The notes below the pieces were generated by a model. It was not told where the DNA came from. It saw nothing but the letters and a program-made list of their open reading frames with translations, and searched no databases. A DNA stretch of 64,000 bases, taken from the NCBI GenBank assembly GCA_026397405.1, contig JAPLUW010000002.1, forward strand, positions 40,214 to 104,213, written 5' to 3'. The position numbers and the translations under genes are program-made. Source of the stretch: Candidatus Adlerbacteria bacterium. GTDB lineage: Bacteria; Patescibacteriota; Minisyncoccia; Phycocordibacterales; SBAW01. Shown one piece after another: positions 18,748 to 28,999 of the stretch (position 1 is the first letter of the stretch; the number at the start of each line of letters is the position of its first letter).

Positions 18748-20124
18748 TTATTTTGCGTACGCTTCAACAAGAGCTAGAAGGAGACGTACCGGTGCACCCA
18801 CCGCACCTTTTGCAAGAAATTCGGCAGGGTGTGACGTCATGCGTGACGCCATGTCGATATGTGCCCACGGACAGTCCAAGTCTTTGGCAAATTCGCGAAG
18901 GAACATACCGCCGGCAATGACCCCACCGTAGCGGCTGTTACCGTCGGTTGAAATATTTGGCACGTCGCCAAACAATCCCTTTGTCATATCTTCATACTCT
19001 TCCCACAGCGGGAACGGCCACACATAGTCGCCGGATTCTTCGCCAAGCTGGCGCAGCATGTCTTCCAGTTTTTGGTCGTTGCTCATAACGCCCGATGCTT
19101 GGAGCCCAAGTGCGCCGAGAACTGCACCTGTTAGTGTTGCTACGTCAACAACAACTGCAGGGTTAAACTTTTTTGCATAGGTAATCCCGTCAGAAAGTAT
19201 CACGCGGCCTTCGGCGTCGGTATTAAGCACTTCAATATATCGGCCAGACATCGACTTCAACATGTCGCCCGGGCGCACCGCGTTTTGGCCCGGCATGTTT
19301 TCCACAGTTGGAATTAAGGCGATAACGTTTGCTTTTAGTTTTAACTTTGCAGCAAGCACCACGGTGTGCAGCACTGCAGCGCCCCCTGACATGTCCATAT
19401 GCATTTCGTACATGTGGTCGCCTGGTTTTAGGTTAAGCCCGCCTGAGTCGAAGGTGACGCCTTTACCTACAAGCACGACAGGTTTTTGTGTTTTAGATGC
19501 TCCCCAATATTCGGCAATGACAAACTGCGGCTCATTGTCGGAGCCTTTGCCAATACCTACAACGCCGCCCATGCCGAGTTTTTCCATTTCCTTGCGGCTA
19601 AGAACAGTAACTTTTGTACCAGGGCCTTTGAGTATTTTTTTTGCGAGTGCAGAAAATTGTTTTGGAGTAAGGTCGCCACCTGGAGTGTTGGCAAGTTCGC
19701 GGGCTGCGTTAACTTCCTCGCCCGTCCAATGCCCAATTTTTGCACCTTCGATTCCTTCTTTCGAAATATTCGGCAAACATACAACATCAACGCTTGCAAA
19801 CCCGTCTTTAGGTGTGCGCTTGTAGGTATTGTGTTCGTAGCCCGCCATCACAAACGAAATAGCCGACACCTTTGCTACTTCAGCATCAGAAAAATCCTTG
19901 GGTGCGAGTGACTTTAAATCTTTAAAATCAACGGCAATAGATTTAATACGGTTTTGTTTGGCGACCGCAACAACTTTGCGTGTAAATAATACAAATTTGC
20001 GACGGGTAAGCGGCTTTTTATCTCCATAAGAAATAGATAGTTCCTTGCCGTCAAAACGGTTCAAACTACCCTGCACAAAGTTTATTTTAATGGAGTTCTT
20101 GTCTGCAGTTGGCTGAAATTTCAT
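18748..20124 (-). CDS. pepA: Leucyl aminopeptidase, M17 family
   Basis: GKGVTFDSGG, NTDAEGR, ATLTGA, WAHIDMA. Confidence 0.93.
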   Translation of the reverse strand: MKFQPTADKNSIKINFVQGSLNRFDGKELSISYGDKKPLTRRKFVLFTRKVVAVAKQNRIKSIAVDFKDLKSLAPKDFSDAEVAKVSAISFVMAGYEHNTYKRTPKDGFASVDVVCLPNISKEGIEGAKIGHWTGEEVNAARELANTPGGDLTPKQFSALAKKILKGPGTKVTVLSRKEMEKLGMGGVVGIGKGSDNEPQFVIAEYWGASKTQKPVVLVGKGVTFDSGGLNLKPGDHMYEMHMDMSGGAAVLHTVVLAAKLKLKANVIALIPTVENMPGQNAVRPGDMLKSMSGRYIEVLNTDAEGRVILSDGITYAKKFNPAVVVDVATLTGAVLGALGLQASGVMSNDQKLEDMLRQLGEESGDYVWPFPLWEEYEDMTKGLFGDVPNISTDGNSRYGGVIAGGMFLREFAKDLDCPWAHIDMASRMTSHPAEFLAKGAVGAPVRLLLALVEAYAK

Positions 20125-20126
20125 AT

Positions 20127-21473
20127 TTATTCTTTTGGTTCACTATCCGACAACGGCATATCGATGCGGTTCATATCGCGCGGGAAAAGTGTTGCTTCGC
20201 GGATGTTTTTAAGTTCAAGAATCTGCATAGTCATACGCTCTACTCCAAATGCAAAGCCTCCTTCGGGCGGGGCACCATAACGGAAGGCCTCCAAGAACAT
20301 TTCAATTTTCTTTGGCTCCATCCCCCACTTTTCGACATGGTCCATAAGCTGTGCGTAGTCACTGATGCGGCGCCCGCCTGAAAGCCATTCGCGGCCACGG
20401 CAGAGTAAGTCCATACCTTCGTTAAACTCTGGAGTTTCTGGGTTTGGATATACATAAAACGGCTTCTGTTTTGTTGGGTAGCCGTACACGTACACAAAGT
20501 CTGAACCTGTTTCTTCTTTAACAATGGCGCAGATATCCATTTCGTCTTGCGAGCTTAAGTCTTTTTCGCCAACTACCTTGCGGCCAGTTTTTGCTTGGAT
20601 TTTTTCTTGTACTTCGGTAAGCGAGAAAGTTGGGGTTTTCTCGAGCATGACAGGCAGGGTTGCGCCGAGCAGTTCAATTTCTTTTGCACACTTTTGCGAA
20701 AGCACGTTCAAAATAAAACGCACTGTTTCTTCCGACATGTCGCGCACGTCGCGCCACGAGTCGATAAAGCCCATTTCGGCATCGAGAGAAACAAATTCTG
20801 TAATGTGGCGTGTGGTTGCAGAAGGTTCGGCGCGGAATACTTTGTTGACCGAAAAGACACGTTCAAACGCAGTCATGACAATTTGTTTGTACAACTGTGG
20901 CGACTGGGTAAGGTAGGCTTTTTTGTCGAAGTAGTTAACTTCGAATACTTCAGCGCCGCCTTCGGCTGTTGCTGGGGTAATTGCCGGCGCCTGGAATTCG
21001 AAGAAGTCCTGCGACTTCATGTATTCGCGGAAGGAATCAATAATGACCGCCTGCACTTTAAATATTGCCTGTAGACGTGGGTGGCGCAGCGTCAGCGCGC
21101 GGTGGTCGAGTTCAGTCGTAAGGTCCAAGTTGTATCCGTCTGCTGACATGTCGAATGGCAGCGGTTCGGCTTTTGCCAAAATAGTAAGCCCCGTTACTTC
21201 CAGCTCGATAGTGCCGTTCATTACTTTTGCATTTACGTTTTTCTCTGGGCGCGCGTTTACTTTGCCCTGTACCTCTACAACGTATTCGTTGCGAGTTTCT
21301 TTTGCAGTTTCAATTGCAGCAGACGATGGAAGAACAACACCCTGCACAGTTCCTGAGCGATCTCTAAAATCAAAAAACACCATCTTGCCCTGGTCGCGGC
21401 GTACGCTGACCCAACCTTTAATGGTTACTTCTTCCCCTGTCTTTCCTTCCAATTCTCCAATGAGTGTTCGCAT
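20127..21473 (-). CDS. aspS: Aspartyl-tRNA synthetase, short archaeal-like (likely non-discriminating) type
   Basis: OB anticodon domain, EGGAEVF, YLTQSPQLYKQ, FRAE, GAPPEGGFAFGVER; 448 aa, no GAD insertion. Confidence 0.88.
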   Translation of the reverse strand: MRTLIGELEGKTGEEVTIKGWVSVRRDQGKMVFFDFRDRSGTVQGVVLPSSAAIETAKETRNEYVVEVQGKVNARPEKNVNAKVMNGTIELEVTGLTILAKAEPLPFDMSADGYNLDLTTELDHRALTLRHPRLQAIFKVQAVIIDSFREYMKSQDFFEFQAPAITPATAEGGAEVFEVNYFDKKAYLTQSPQLYKQIVMTAFERVFSVNKVFRAEPSATTRHITEFVSLDAEMGFIDSWRDVRDMSEETVRFILNVLSQKCAKEIELLGATLPVMLEKTPTFSLTEVQEKIQAKTGRKVVGEKDLSSQDEMDICAIVKEETGSDFVYVYGYPTKQKPFYVYPNPETPEFNEGMDLLCRGREWLSGGRRISDYAQLMDHVEKWGMEPKKIEMFLEAFRYGAPPEGGFAFGVERMTMQILELKNIREATLFPRDMNRIDMPLSDSEPKE

Positions 21474-21477
21474 ATAT

Positions 21478-22425
21478 TTAAAGTGTTACTCCTACTTTTT
21501 TTCGCACGTCTTCCATTTTTGCTGATGCAACTGCTTTTGCTTTTGCTGCTCCTGTCTTCAATACTGCTTTGACGTCATCGTCAGTAATAGAATTTCTTTT
21601 CTCGCGCATTGGAGTGAGCAAAGTATCCAAGTCTTCGATAAGAGCCTCTTTCAAAGCTTTATAACTACCTTTGTTTGCTTCATACAAAGGAGCTAATTCT
21701 TCATCAGTCTTCAAAAGTTTATGCATCGCGTACACATTTTCCGGGCGGTCGCCAGAAGAGTCGGTGACAATACTCATTACTGCTTTTGCGATTTCGTCAC
21801 GTGTGCCAAACAACGGAACTGTATTTCCGTAACTCTTACTCATCTTCTTACCATCAGTCCCTGGGATAGTCCCAACCGCTTTTACGATATGTTCCTTTGG
21901 TTCAATAAATGTTTGGCCGTAGGCACTGTTAAATTTTGCGGCAGCTTCGCGTGCATATTCAATATGTTGGCGCTGGTCTTCCCCTACCGGAACAATCACG
22001 GTGTCATACAAAAGAATATCTGCGGCCATAAGCATTGGGTAGGTAAAGAGGCCGGCGTTTGCTTCAAGACCTTTTGCGACTTTGTCTTTGTATGCGTGGC
22101 CGAGTTCCAAAAACGGTACCGTTACAAGGCAGTCAAAAATCCACGCAAGTTCTGTATGTTCTGAGATGTCCGACTGCTTAAAAATCACTGCTTTTTCTGG
22201 GTCTACTCCGGCAGCTAAATAATCTTTTACTGAATTGTAAATACATTCTTGTACTAACTTCGGGTCTTTTAGAGATGTGAGGGCGTGGTAGTCTGCCACC
22301 ATCAAAAAGCTTTCATAGTCGCCATACAGGTCGACGAATGGTTTAAGCGCACCAAAATAGTTGCCGATATGCAATGTTCCGCTAGACTGCAGCCCTGTTA
22401 AAAGCCGTTTTTTACCTTCTGCCAT
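21478..22425 (-). CDS. trpS: Tryptophanyl-tRNA synthetase
   Basis: HIGNYFGA, YPMLMAADILLY, VPVGEDQ, KMSKS. Confidence 0.96.
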   Translation of the reverse strand: MAEGKKRLLTGLQSSGTLHIGNYFGALKPFVDLYGDYESFLMVADYHALTSLKDPKLVQECIYNSVKDYLAAGVDPEKAVIFKQSDISEHTELAWIFDCLVTVPFLELGHAYKDKVAKGLEANAGLFTYPMLMAADILLYDTVIVPVGEDQRQHIEYAREAAAKFNSAYGQTFIEPKEHIVKAVGTIPGTDGKKMSKSYGNTVPLFGTRDEIAKAVMSIVTDSSGDRPENVYAMHKLLKTDEELAPLYEANKGSYKALKEALIEDLDTLLTPMREKRNSITDDDVKAVLKTGAAKAKAVASAKMEDVRKKVGVTL

Positions 22426-22442
22426 ATACACATGAGTGTACC

Positions 22443-22469
22443 AAAAAACCGCCCTTTTGAAAGGCGGTT
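22443..22469 (-). terminator. Terminator downstream of dnaJ
   Basis: Minus strand aaccgcc...ggcggtt stem followed by a T-run. Confidence 0.7.
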
Positions 22470-22479
22470 GTTCTTTTGG

Positions 22480-23571
22480 TTATATCCCTTCCTCTTTTAG
22501 TTTTTCTACAAGTGCGCGGGCGCTGCGGGAGAGTTTTTGTGGGAGTGTAATTTTAACTTTTACAAACAGGTCGCCGCGTTTGCCATGGGCGTTTGGTACA
22601 CCCTTGCCTTTTACGCGCAACAATTCGCCATGGGTCACGCCAGCTGGTACTGAAATATGTTCTTCGCCGTCGAGTGTTGCAATTTTGTAGTCGGTGCCGA
22701 GCAATGCGTCTGAGAGTTTGACCGAAAGGTCGGTAAGCAAGTTTGGTCCATCTTTTTTAAAGCGTGGGTCGGGCTGCACATGTACTTTAACGTACAAGTC
22801 GCCCGACGCTCCGCCCTGCACGGCCTCGCCTGCTCCTGTGATGCGGATCATCTCACCACCTTCAATGCCTGCAGGTACGGCAATTTCAATTTCCTCTTGT
22901 TTTTTGTAGACACCTTCGCCGCGGCAGGTGTGGCATTTTTCTTCGGGGACCTTACCTGTGGCGTGGCAGTGCCGGCACGGGCTCTGCATGGTTATTGTGC
23001 CGAAAAAGGAATTGTTTGTTTCGTGGATTTTACCTGTGCCGTTGCAGTGTTTGCATGTCTGCATTTTGCTGCCCGGCGCTGCCCCCGAAGCTTTGCAGGT
23101 TTCGCACTGCGCAGTTTTTGCAAGCAGTACTCTGCGTTTGGTGCCAAAAATAGATTCTTTAAAATTTAATTCGAGGTCAATTGAAATGTCGCGGCCGCGG
23201 CGCTGGCGCTGTGCTCCGCCGCCAAATGCGTCACCAAAAATGTCGCTAAAGTCAAAGCCGCCAAACCCTTGCTGGAATGCATCTCCAAATTGCGAAAAGT
23301 CCCAGCCAGAGGCTGGTCCGCCTTGGGCGGAGAAGCCGCCTGGCCCCGTACCGTCTTGGAAGACACGTCCATACGAGTCAAACTCGGCACGCTTTTTGTC
23401 GTCGGAAAGGATGCTATATGCCTCGCTTACTTCTTTAAATTTGTCGGCATCTCCGGTTGTTTTGTCAGGGTGGAATTTGTGCGCGAGTTTGTGAAATGCT
23501 TTTTTGATTTCGTCTTTTGAGGCGCTTTTGCCTACCCCCAATATCTCGTAATAGTCGCGCTTAGTAGCCAT
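22480..23571 (-). CDS. dnaJ: Chaperone DnaJ
   Basis: J domain HPD, G/F region, four CxxCxxxG zinc motifs. Confidence 0.97.
   Translation of the reverse strand: MATKRDYYEILGVGKSASKDEIKKAFHKLAHKFHPDKTTGDADKFKEVSEAYSILSDDKKRAEFDSYGRVFQDGTGPGGFSAQGGPASGWDFSQFGDAFQQGFGGFDFSDIFGDAFGGGAQRQRRGRDISIDLELNFKESIFGTKRRVLLAKTAQCETCKASGAAPGSKMQTCKHCNGTGKIHETNNSFFGTITMQSPCRHCHATGKVPEEKCHTCRGEGVYKKQEEIEIAVPAGIEGGEMIRITGAGEAVQGGASGDLYVKVHVQPDPRFKKDGPNLLTDLSVKLSDALLGTDYKIATLDGEEHISVPAGVTHGELLRVKGKGVPNAHGKRGDLFVKVKITLPQKLSRSARALVEKLKEEGI
23302..23331 (-). repeat. 30-bp double-hairpin palindromic element, in frame in dnaJ (SAQGGPASGW)
   Basis: TCCGCC-CAA-GGCGGA-CCAGCC-TCT-GGCTGG; related to the copy at 39118-39147. 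Confidence 0.8.
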
Positions 23572-23621
23572 AATTAGCTACATACTACTGATTTTCTGCC
23601 TCTTCCGCAAGCCTGCCTCGC

Positions 23622-25448
23622 CTATACGGCGGGTTCTTCGTCTTCTTCAACAATTTCTGTACCGCTGCCGTCGTCTGCAATAAAACCGCCTGCCTGGATG
23701 CTCCAAAGTTTGTGGTAGAGGCCCTTATGTTCGAGCAGTTCGTCGTGAGTGCCGGTTGCTGCAACCACACCGTTTTCAATCACGACAATCCTGTCCATGT
23801 TCATAATCGTCGAAAGCCGATGGGCAATAACAATAACCGTTTTACCTTCCATTAAGGTTTTAAGAGCGTCTTGAATAAGTGCTTCCGACTCGGAGTCGAG
23901 GCTCGACGTCGCTTCGTCCAAAACAAGAATCGGTGAGTTTTTAAGTATCGCGCGGGCAATAGCAACGCGCTGCCTCTCGCCGCCCGAGAGTTTAACGCCA
24001 CGCTCCCCCACATAGGTGTTGTATCCATCCTTCAGCTGCGAAATAAATTCATGGCAGTGTGCTTGTTTTGCAGCTTCGATAACATCTTTGTCTGATGCGC
24101 CACGCCGCCCATAGCGAATATTTTCCATCAATGTGCGGTGGAAGAGTACTGGCTCCTGCGGAACAAAAGAGATTTCATTGCGTAGCGAATCTTGCGTAAC
24201 CTTAGAAATATTTTGACCGTCTATCTTTATCTCCCCGTCGTGTATGTCGTACAGACGCAAAAGGAGTTTAGTTATTGTGCTTTTGCCAGCCCCAGATGGT
24301 CCCACCAAAGCAACGCGCTCTCCTCCGGCAATGGTCAAGTTAAATGTATTTAGTATCGAGGCTCCGTCTTTAAAGCCAAATGAGACATCGTCAAACCACA
24401 CTTCCCCTTTGTCGACATGCAGCTTCTTGGCGCCTTTTGCATCTTTAATTTCGTACGGCAATTTAAGTATGTAGACCATTTCGCCGGCATCTGCCAGTGC
24501 GGTGTTAATGTTTCTAAATTCTCTGCCCAAACCCCAGACTTTATCAAGAAGTCCTATAAAGTAGGTTTGGATAAGCACAAAGTCGCCAACGGTAAGCGAC
24601 CCTGCTTCCCACAACTTAAACCCAATCCACAACAATCCTATGTTCATCGTGACGGAAAATATGCTTTGGACACCGTAGATCCATATGTCCGCAGTCCATG
24701 TGCGGAGCAGTGCTTTAAGGAGTCTGTCTATAACTGCGCCTACTCCTTTTTCTTCAAATTGGTTGCCGGAAAAAAGTTGAACAGTCGAGTGGTTGGATAT
24801 CGAGTCTGCGAGCGCAGCGGTAACATTACTGTCTTCCTCTGCACGTTTGGCACGCAAAGGTTGCTGGTAATGTGCCATCACTATTTGCACGACAATAAAC
24901 AAAAGGGTGGCCCCCGCAAGCGAAGCACCAAGCACTGGATGCTTGTACCACAGCACAATGATAATTCCTACGGTATAAAGTACTGCGTGCAGCACTGAAC
25001 CAATAAGAGAATCCCACAATTTGTTGAACGAGTCGCTATATCGCCCAACACGTCTTGTCAGCGCCCCTGAAAATGATGAAGTAAAGAACTGGTAGGAATG
25101 TCGCATAAGGTATGCGAAAGCCTCTTTGGAAAGGTCGGCCATGATTCGTGCACATGTTTGTGTGCCCGCATACATTTCTACGCGCCACGCTATCCAGATG
25201 ACTACTAACATTGAGGCGAACCCCACCAGCGCCATGCTGGCCTGGTGGATAATATCTGGAGAGACAGACCCCAAAGAAATTATGTTGATGAATTGCCGTA
25301 AAAAAAGTGGGCCAATTATGCTGCAGATTTGTATAACCACTATGGACCCAACAGAAAACCCAACATACACAGGGTAGTTGCGGGTATGCCGCCAGTACGC
25401 GCGAAATACGTCTCTGGCTTTTGCTACTTTTTTCTCTTCGGTCTTCAT
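23622..25448 (-). CDS. Fused ABC exporter (TMD plus NBD, MsbA/MdlB-like)
   Basis: Six-TM N-terminal domain; GPSGAGKS, LSGGERQR, LDEATSSLD, IAHRLST. Confidence 0.93.
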   Translation of the reverse strand: MKTEEKKVAKARDVFRAYWRHTRNYPVYVGFSVGSIVVIQICSIIGPLFLRQFINIISLGSVSPDIIHQASMALVGFASMLVVIWIAWRVEMYAGTQTCARIMADLSKEAFAYLMRHSYQFFTSSFSGALTRRVGRYSDSFNKLWDSLIGSVLHAVLYTVGIIIVLWYKHPVLGASLAGATLLFIVVQIVMAHYQQPLRAKRAEEDSNVTAALADSISNHSTVQLFSGNQFEEKGVGAVIDRLLKALLRTWTADIWIYGVQSIFSVTMNIGLLWIGFKLWEAGSLTVGDFVLIQTYFIGLLDKVWGLGREFRNINTALADAGEMVYILKLPYEIKDAKGAKKLHVDKGEVWFDDVSFGFKDGASILNTFNLTIAGGERVALVGPSGAGKSTITKLLLRLYDIHDGEIKIDGQNISKVTQDSLRNEISFVPQEPVLFHRTLMENIRYGRRGASDKDVIEAAKQAHCHEFISQLKDGYNTYVGERGVKLSGGERQRVAIARAILKNSPILVLDEATSSLDSESEALIQDALKTLMEGKTVIVIAHRLSTIMNMDRIVVIENGVVAATGTHDELLEHKGLYHKLWSIQAGGFIADDGSGTEIVEEDEEPAV

Positions 25449-25516
25449 GTAAGTTTTCAGAATAACACAAGCCTCCCCGTTGTGTCGGAGAGGCAGTGTT
25501 TATATTGAACGGCTAA

Positions 25517-27430
25517 TTACTGCTGCGGAGGAGTATCTCCTGTTGGAGGTACGTCGCCTGCGGGTGGGGTTTGGGTAGCGTCGGTTGCAGGTCCTTCAGT
25601 TGGCGGAGTAGCAGCTCCAGCTTTCTGCACCGCTTCGTACACCTTAGACATTTCTTTTGAAAGTTCTTCCGTTGCGGTTTTTGTGGCAGCTGCGTTGTCG
25701 CCACCTTTTACTGCTTCAAGTGCAGAAATTTTTTCAGTAATTGCTGTGCCTAATTCGGCTGGGATCTTGTCTTTGTTGTCATCAAGCGCCTTCTTTGCAG
25801 CATAGACTGCTTGTTCGGCTAGGTTGCGCGCTTCGGCAAGTTCAATTTTTTGTTTGTCAGCGTCAGCGTTTGCCTCGGCGTCTTTACGCATCTTTTCGAT
25901 GTCCGCGTCGGAAAGGCCTGACGATGCTTCAATGCGGATAGACTGTTCCTTGTTTGTTGCTTTGTCTTTTGCTTTGACCGAAAGGATGCCGTTTGCATCG
26001 ACGTCGAAGGTTACTTCCACCTGTGGGAGGCCGCGTGGTGCCGGCGGGATGCCGTCCAATACAAAGCGCCCAAGCGACTTGTTGTCCCCTGCCATGGCAC
26101 GCTCGCCCTGGGTAATGTGGATTTCTACAGACGTTTGGTTGTCTGCCGCTGTCGAGAATGTTTGTGAGCGGCTTGTTGGGATTGTTGTATTGCGTTCAAT
26201 AAGTTTGGTCGAGACGCCGCCCATGGTTTCAATACCGAGCGACAGCGGGATAACGTCGAGCAACAACACGTCGCGGACTTCCCCGCCCAAAATGCCGCCC
26301 TGGATAGCTGCACCAATGGCCACTACTTCGTCTGGGTTTACAGACATGTTTGGCTTTTTACCGAAGTACTCTTCCACGGCTGCCTGGAGTGCTGGCATGC
26401 GGGTTTGGCCACCGACAAGTATTACCTGGTTGATGTCCGCAATTTTAAACGGCGATGCTTCCATTGCGCGCTTGGTAATTGCGATTGCGCGTTCGATAAA
26501 TTCTGCAGAAAGTTCTTCCAACTTTGCGCGGCTCATCTTAATGAGCAAGTGGCGGGGCCCTGATGCGTCGGAGGTAATAAACGGAATATTTATTTCCGTA
26601 TCAACTGCAGTAGAGAGTTCGATTTTTGCTTTCTCGGCTGCTTCGTCCAGGCGCTGGCGGCCAAGCGGGTCGTTGCGCACGTCGATTCCCGATTCTTTCT
26701 GGAATTCTGTTGCGAGCCAGTCGATAATTTTTTGGTCCAAGTCTTTGCCGCCCAAGTGTGCGTCGCCGTCTGTGGACTTAACCTCGATAGAATCTTCTCC
26801 GTCGTTTGAACCTACTTCCAATACTGAAATGTCGAATGTTCCACCGCCGAAGTCGAAGACAACTATTTTTTCGTTTTTGTTTTTGTTAAAGCCATATGCA
26901 AGCGCTGCCGCGGTTGGTTCGTTGATGATGCGCTTAACATCGAGGCCGGCAATTTTACCTGCATCGCGGGTTGCAGCGCGCTGCGCGTCGTTAAAGTATG
27001 CAGGTACGGTAATTACCGCTTCGGTAATTGTTTCGCCCAAGCGTTTTTCCGCATCTACCTTCATCTTCTGCAGGATCATTGCGGAAATTTCTTCCGGGCG
27101 GTACCACTGCCCGCCCATCTCTACTTCGATGCCGCCGTTTGTAGACTTGCGCATCTCAAACGGTACAGCCGACTTGTCTTTTTGCACCAGGGCTTCGTCA
27201 AAGTTGTGGCCGATAAAGCGCTTTATCTGGTAGACAGTATTTTTTGGGTTTGTAACTCCTTGGCGGCGCGCAATTAAACCAACCAACTTTTCGCCAGTTT
27301 TGCTTGCTGCAACAATAGACGGCATGGTGCGTGCACCTTCAGCATTTTCGATAATCTGTGGCTCGCCCCCGCGCATAATTGCCATTGCGGAGTTTGTAGT
27401 GCCCAAGTCAATACCTAGAATTTTACCCAT
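25517..27430 (-). CDS. dnaK: Chaperone DnaK (Hsp70)
   Basis: [34 protein letters not shown]. Confidence 0.98.
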   Translation of the reverse strand: MGKILGIDLGTTNSAMAIMRGGEPQIIENAEGARTMPSIVAASKTGEKLVGLIARRQGVTNPKNTVYQIKRFIGHNFDEALVQKDKSAVPFEMRKSTNGGIEVEMGGQWYRPEEISAMILQKMKVDAEKRLGETITEAVITVPAYFNDAQRAATRDAGKIAGLDVKRIINEPTAAALAYGFNKNKNEKIVVFDFGGGTFDISVLEVGSNDGEDSIEVKSTDGDAHLGGKDLDQKIIDWLATEFQKESGIDVRNDPLGRQRLDEAAEKAKIELSTAVDTEINIPFITSDASGPRHLLIKMSRAKLEELSAEFIERAIAITKRAMEASPFKIADINQVILVGGQTRMPALQAAVEEYFGKKPNMSVNPDEVVAIGAAIQGGILGGEVRDVLLLDVIPLSLGIETMGGVSTKLIERNTTIPTSRSQTFSTAADNQTSVEIHITQGERAMAGDNKSLGRFVLDGIPPAPRGLPQVEVTFDVDANGILSVKAKDKATNKEQSIRIEASSGLSDADIEKMRKDAEANADADKQKIELAEARNLAEQAVYAAKKALDDNKDKIPAELGTAITEKISALEAVKGGDNAAATKTATEELSKEMSKVYEAVQKAGAATPPTEGPATDATQTPPAGDVPPTGDTPPQQ

Positions 27431-27441
27431 AAAATATTTGT

Positions 27442-27921
27442 TTAAATTATTACCTGTGCGGCCCTAATAATTTTATTTCCAACACTATACCCGCTGCGTT
27501 CAACTGTTTCAATAGTGTGGCCTTCCCCTTTTTGCATAAGTGCTTCGTGCTTGTGGGGGTTAAATTCTTCCCCCGGCTTTCCGAACTGCTCGACGCCCAT
27601 TGTGCCCAGTGAACTTAGAAGTTGTTTGTGGACTATTTTTAACTCTTCCGTCGGTGCGTGTTTAAGTGCCATTTCAAACGAGTCTAGTGAGGGTACCAAA
27701 GCCTCTATGAAGTCGGCCTTAATCCTCTCCTCCTTTTCAGCCATCATCTGCGCTTCTTCTTTTTTAAAGTTGGCAAAGTCGGCTCGTGCTCGCTGCCATC
27801 CGTCCAAATATTCCTGTTTTTCTTTTACTGCGGTTTCGAGTTTTTCGCGGAGTTTTTTAACGGCGGCGGGAGTTTGTTCCTCTTCTTCCTCTACAAATTC
27901 TTCATCAGAGTCGCTTAACAT
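27442..27921 (-). CDS. grpE: Nucleotide exchange factor GrpE
   Basis: [23 protein letters not shown]...IRAAQV; directly upstream of dnaK. Confidence 0.95.
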   Translation of the reverse strand: MLSDSDEEFVEEEEEQTPAAVKKLREKLETAVKEKQEYLDGWQRARADFANFKKEEAQMMAEKEERIKADFIEALVPSLDSFEMALKHAPTEELKIVHKQLLSSLGTMGVEQFGKPGEEFNPHKHEALMQKGEGHTIETVERSGYSVGNKIIRAAQVII

Positions 27922-27927
27922 TCCACC

Positions 27928-27955
27928 ATTTTACACAAAAAAAGCTAGGAGTCAA
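27928..27955 (-). promoter_or_regulatory. sigma70 promoter of grpE-dnaK, leaderless geometry
   Basis: TTGACT-16 nt-TAAAAT-6 nt-ATG. Confidence 0.65.
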
Positions 27956-27967
27956 ATATTATTTTTG

Positions 27968-27998
27968 AAAAAGAAGAAGACCGCTGGGGAGGTCTTCT
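27968..27998 (-). terminator. Terminator of receiver gene 28020-28463
   Basis: gaagacc-N8-ggtcttc followed by ttcttttt on the minus strand. Confidence 0.65.
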
Positions 27999-28019
27999 CC
28001 TTGACGGTCCCGTTACGGC

Positions 28020-28463
28020 TCACTTGGTGCCGGTGACTTTTGCTACCTGCTTGAGGAAGCGGTCGATGTCGGCTTGTATCTCCTCCCTCTCGGTCGGAAT
28101 CGCGGCACCCACGCCCGCCAACTTGCTCTTGTCTGCGAGAAGCATGTCGGCGCAGGCCTCCTCTTGGCGGTACGTGGTGCTGATGCTGATACAGCGCTTC
28201 TTCGGCACTTTGGCGGCTTTCGCTAGGTCGGTGCCGTTGAAGGCGCTGATTAGGGTGTGGTCCAACAGAACCAGGTTCGGCTTAAACCCCCTGACAAGGC
28301 CTGCCGCATGCTCGAGATTGCTCGAGTACACCACCCCCTGCTTCTCGCCGGACTTACCGATCGCCAGTCCGAGCGTGTCGTAGCCCTGCTCTTTGAGCAA
28401 GATGCACATGCCCGCGACGACCATTTCGTCGTCGTCGACAACGATGACTTTTTTAGCTGCCAT
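28020..28463 (-). CDS. Stand-alone response-regulator receiver domain protein (paralog 1)
   Basis: VIVVDDD, FKPNLVLLDH (phospho-Asp), IS, K; GAGGAG SD. Confidence 0.8.
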   Translation of the reverse strand: MAAKKVIVVDDDEMVVAGMCILLKEQGYDTLGLAIGKSGEKQGVVYSSNLEHAAGLVRGFKPNLVLLDHTLISAFNGTDLAKAAKVPKKRCISISTTYRQEEACADMLLADKSKLAGVGAAIPTEREEIQADIDRFLKQVAKVTGTK

Positions 28464-28546
28464 GGAATCTCCTCTGCCCAGCCAATTTGTACTGCATTAT
28501 TAAATTAACATTAAAGACATATAAGTCAATGGTGGACGAAAGCAAA

Positions 28547-28574
28547 CAAAAAATCTCCCGAAGGAGATTTTTTG
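28547..28574 (-). terminator. Terminator of the ribosomal protein operon after rpsI
   Basis: aaaaaatctcc-ttcg-ggagatttttt on the minus strand (UUCG tetraloop). Confidence 0.85.
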
Positions 28575-28578
28575 AGCG

Positions 28579-28995
28579 TTAGCGCTTAGACCACTGTTTG
28601 CGCTTGCGGGCTTTGACGAAGCCGAATTTGCGGCGTTCTTTTGCGCGAGGGTCGCGCTTGAGGAATCCTTCTTTCTTAAGTACGCCGCGGAGGTTTATAT
28701 CGTATTCGATAAGTGCGCGAGAAATTGCATGGCGCACAGCTGTAGCCTGGCCTGCGATACCGCCGCCCGACACTACTACCTTAACTGCAAACTGGGTTGT
28801 AAGAGACACCTTCAAAAATGCTTCAAGTGCAGTGACACGAAGCGGCTCTGTAACAAAGTAGTCGTTAACGTCTTTGCCGTTAATGATGACGGCAGTTTTT
28901 GTCGACGGAGTGATACGAGCACGCGCAATAGCCGTTTTGCGGCGGCCAACTGCCTCGATATAGCGCTCTTCTGTTTTTTCTTTAGTAGTTACCAT
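28579..28995 (-). CDS. rpsI: 30S ribosomal protein S9
   Basis: GRRKTA, GGGIAGQ, RDPRAKERRKFG...QWSKR. Confidence 0.97.
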   Translation of the reverse strand: MVTTKEKTEERYIEAVGRRKTAIARARITPSTKTAVIINGKDVNDYFVTEPLRVTALEAFLKVSLTTQFAVKVVVSGGGIAGQATAVRHAISRALIEYDINLRGVLKKEGFLKRDPRAKERRKFGFVKARKRKQWSKR

Positions 28996-28999
28996 ATGT

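Noticed and set aside
25824-27233. 469-aa plus-strand ORF
   Set aside because: Antisense shadow of dnaK, a well-known artefact; no independent signals
27922-28019. CIRCE operator upstream of grpE-dnaK
   Set aside because: No TTAGCACTC-N9-GAGTGCTAA match
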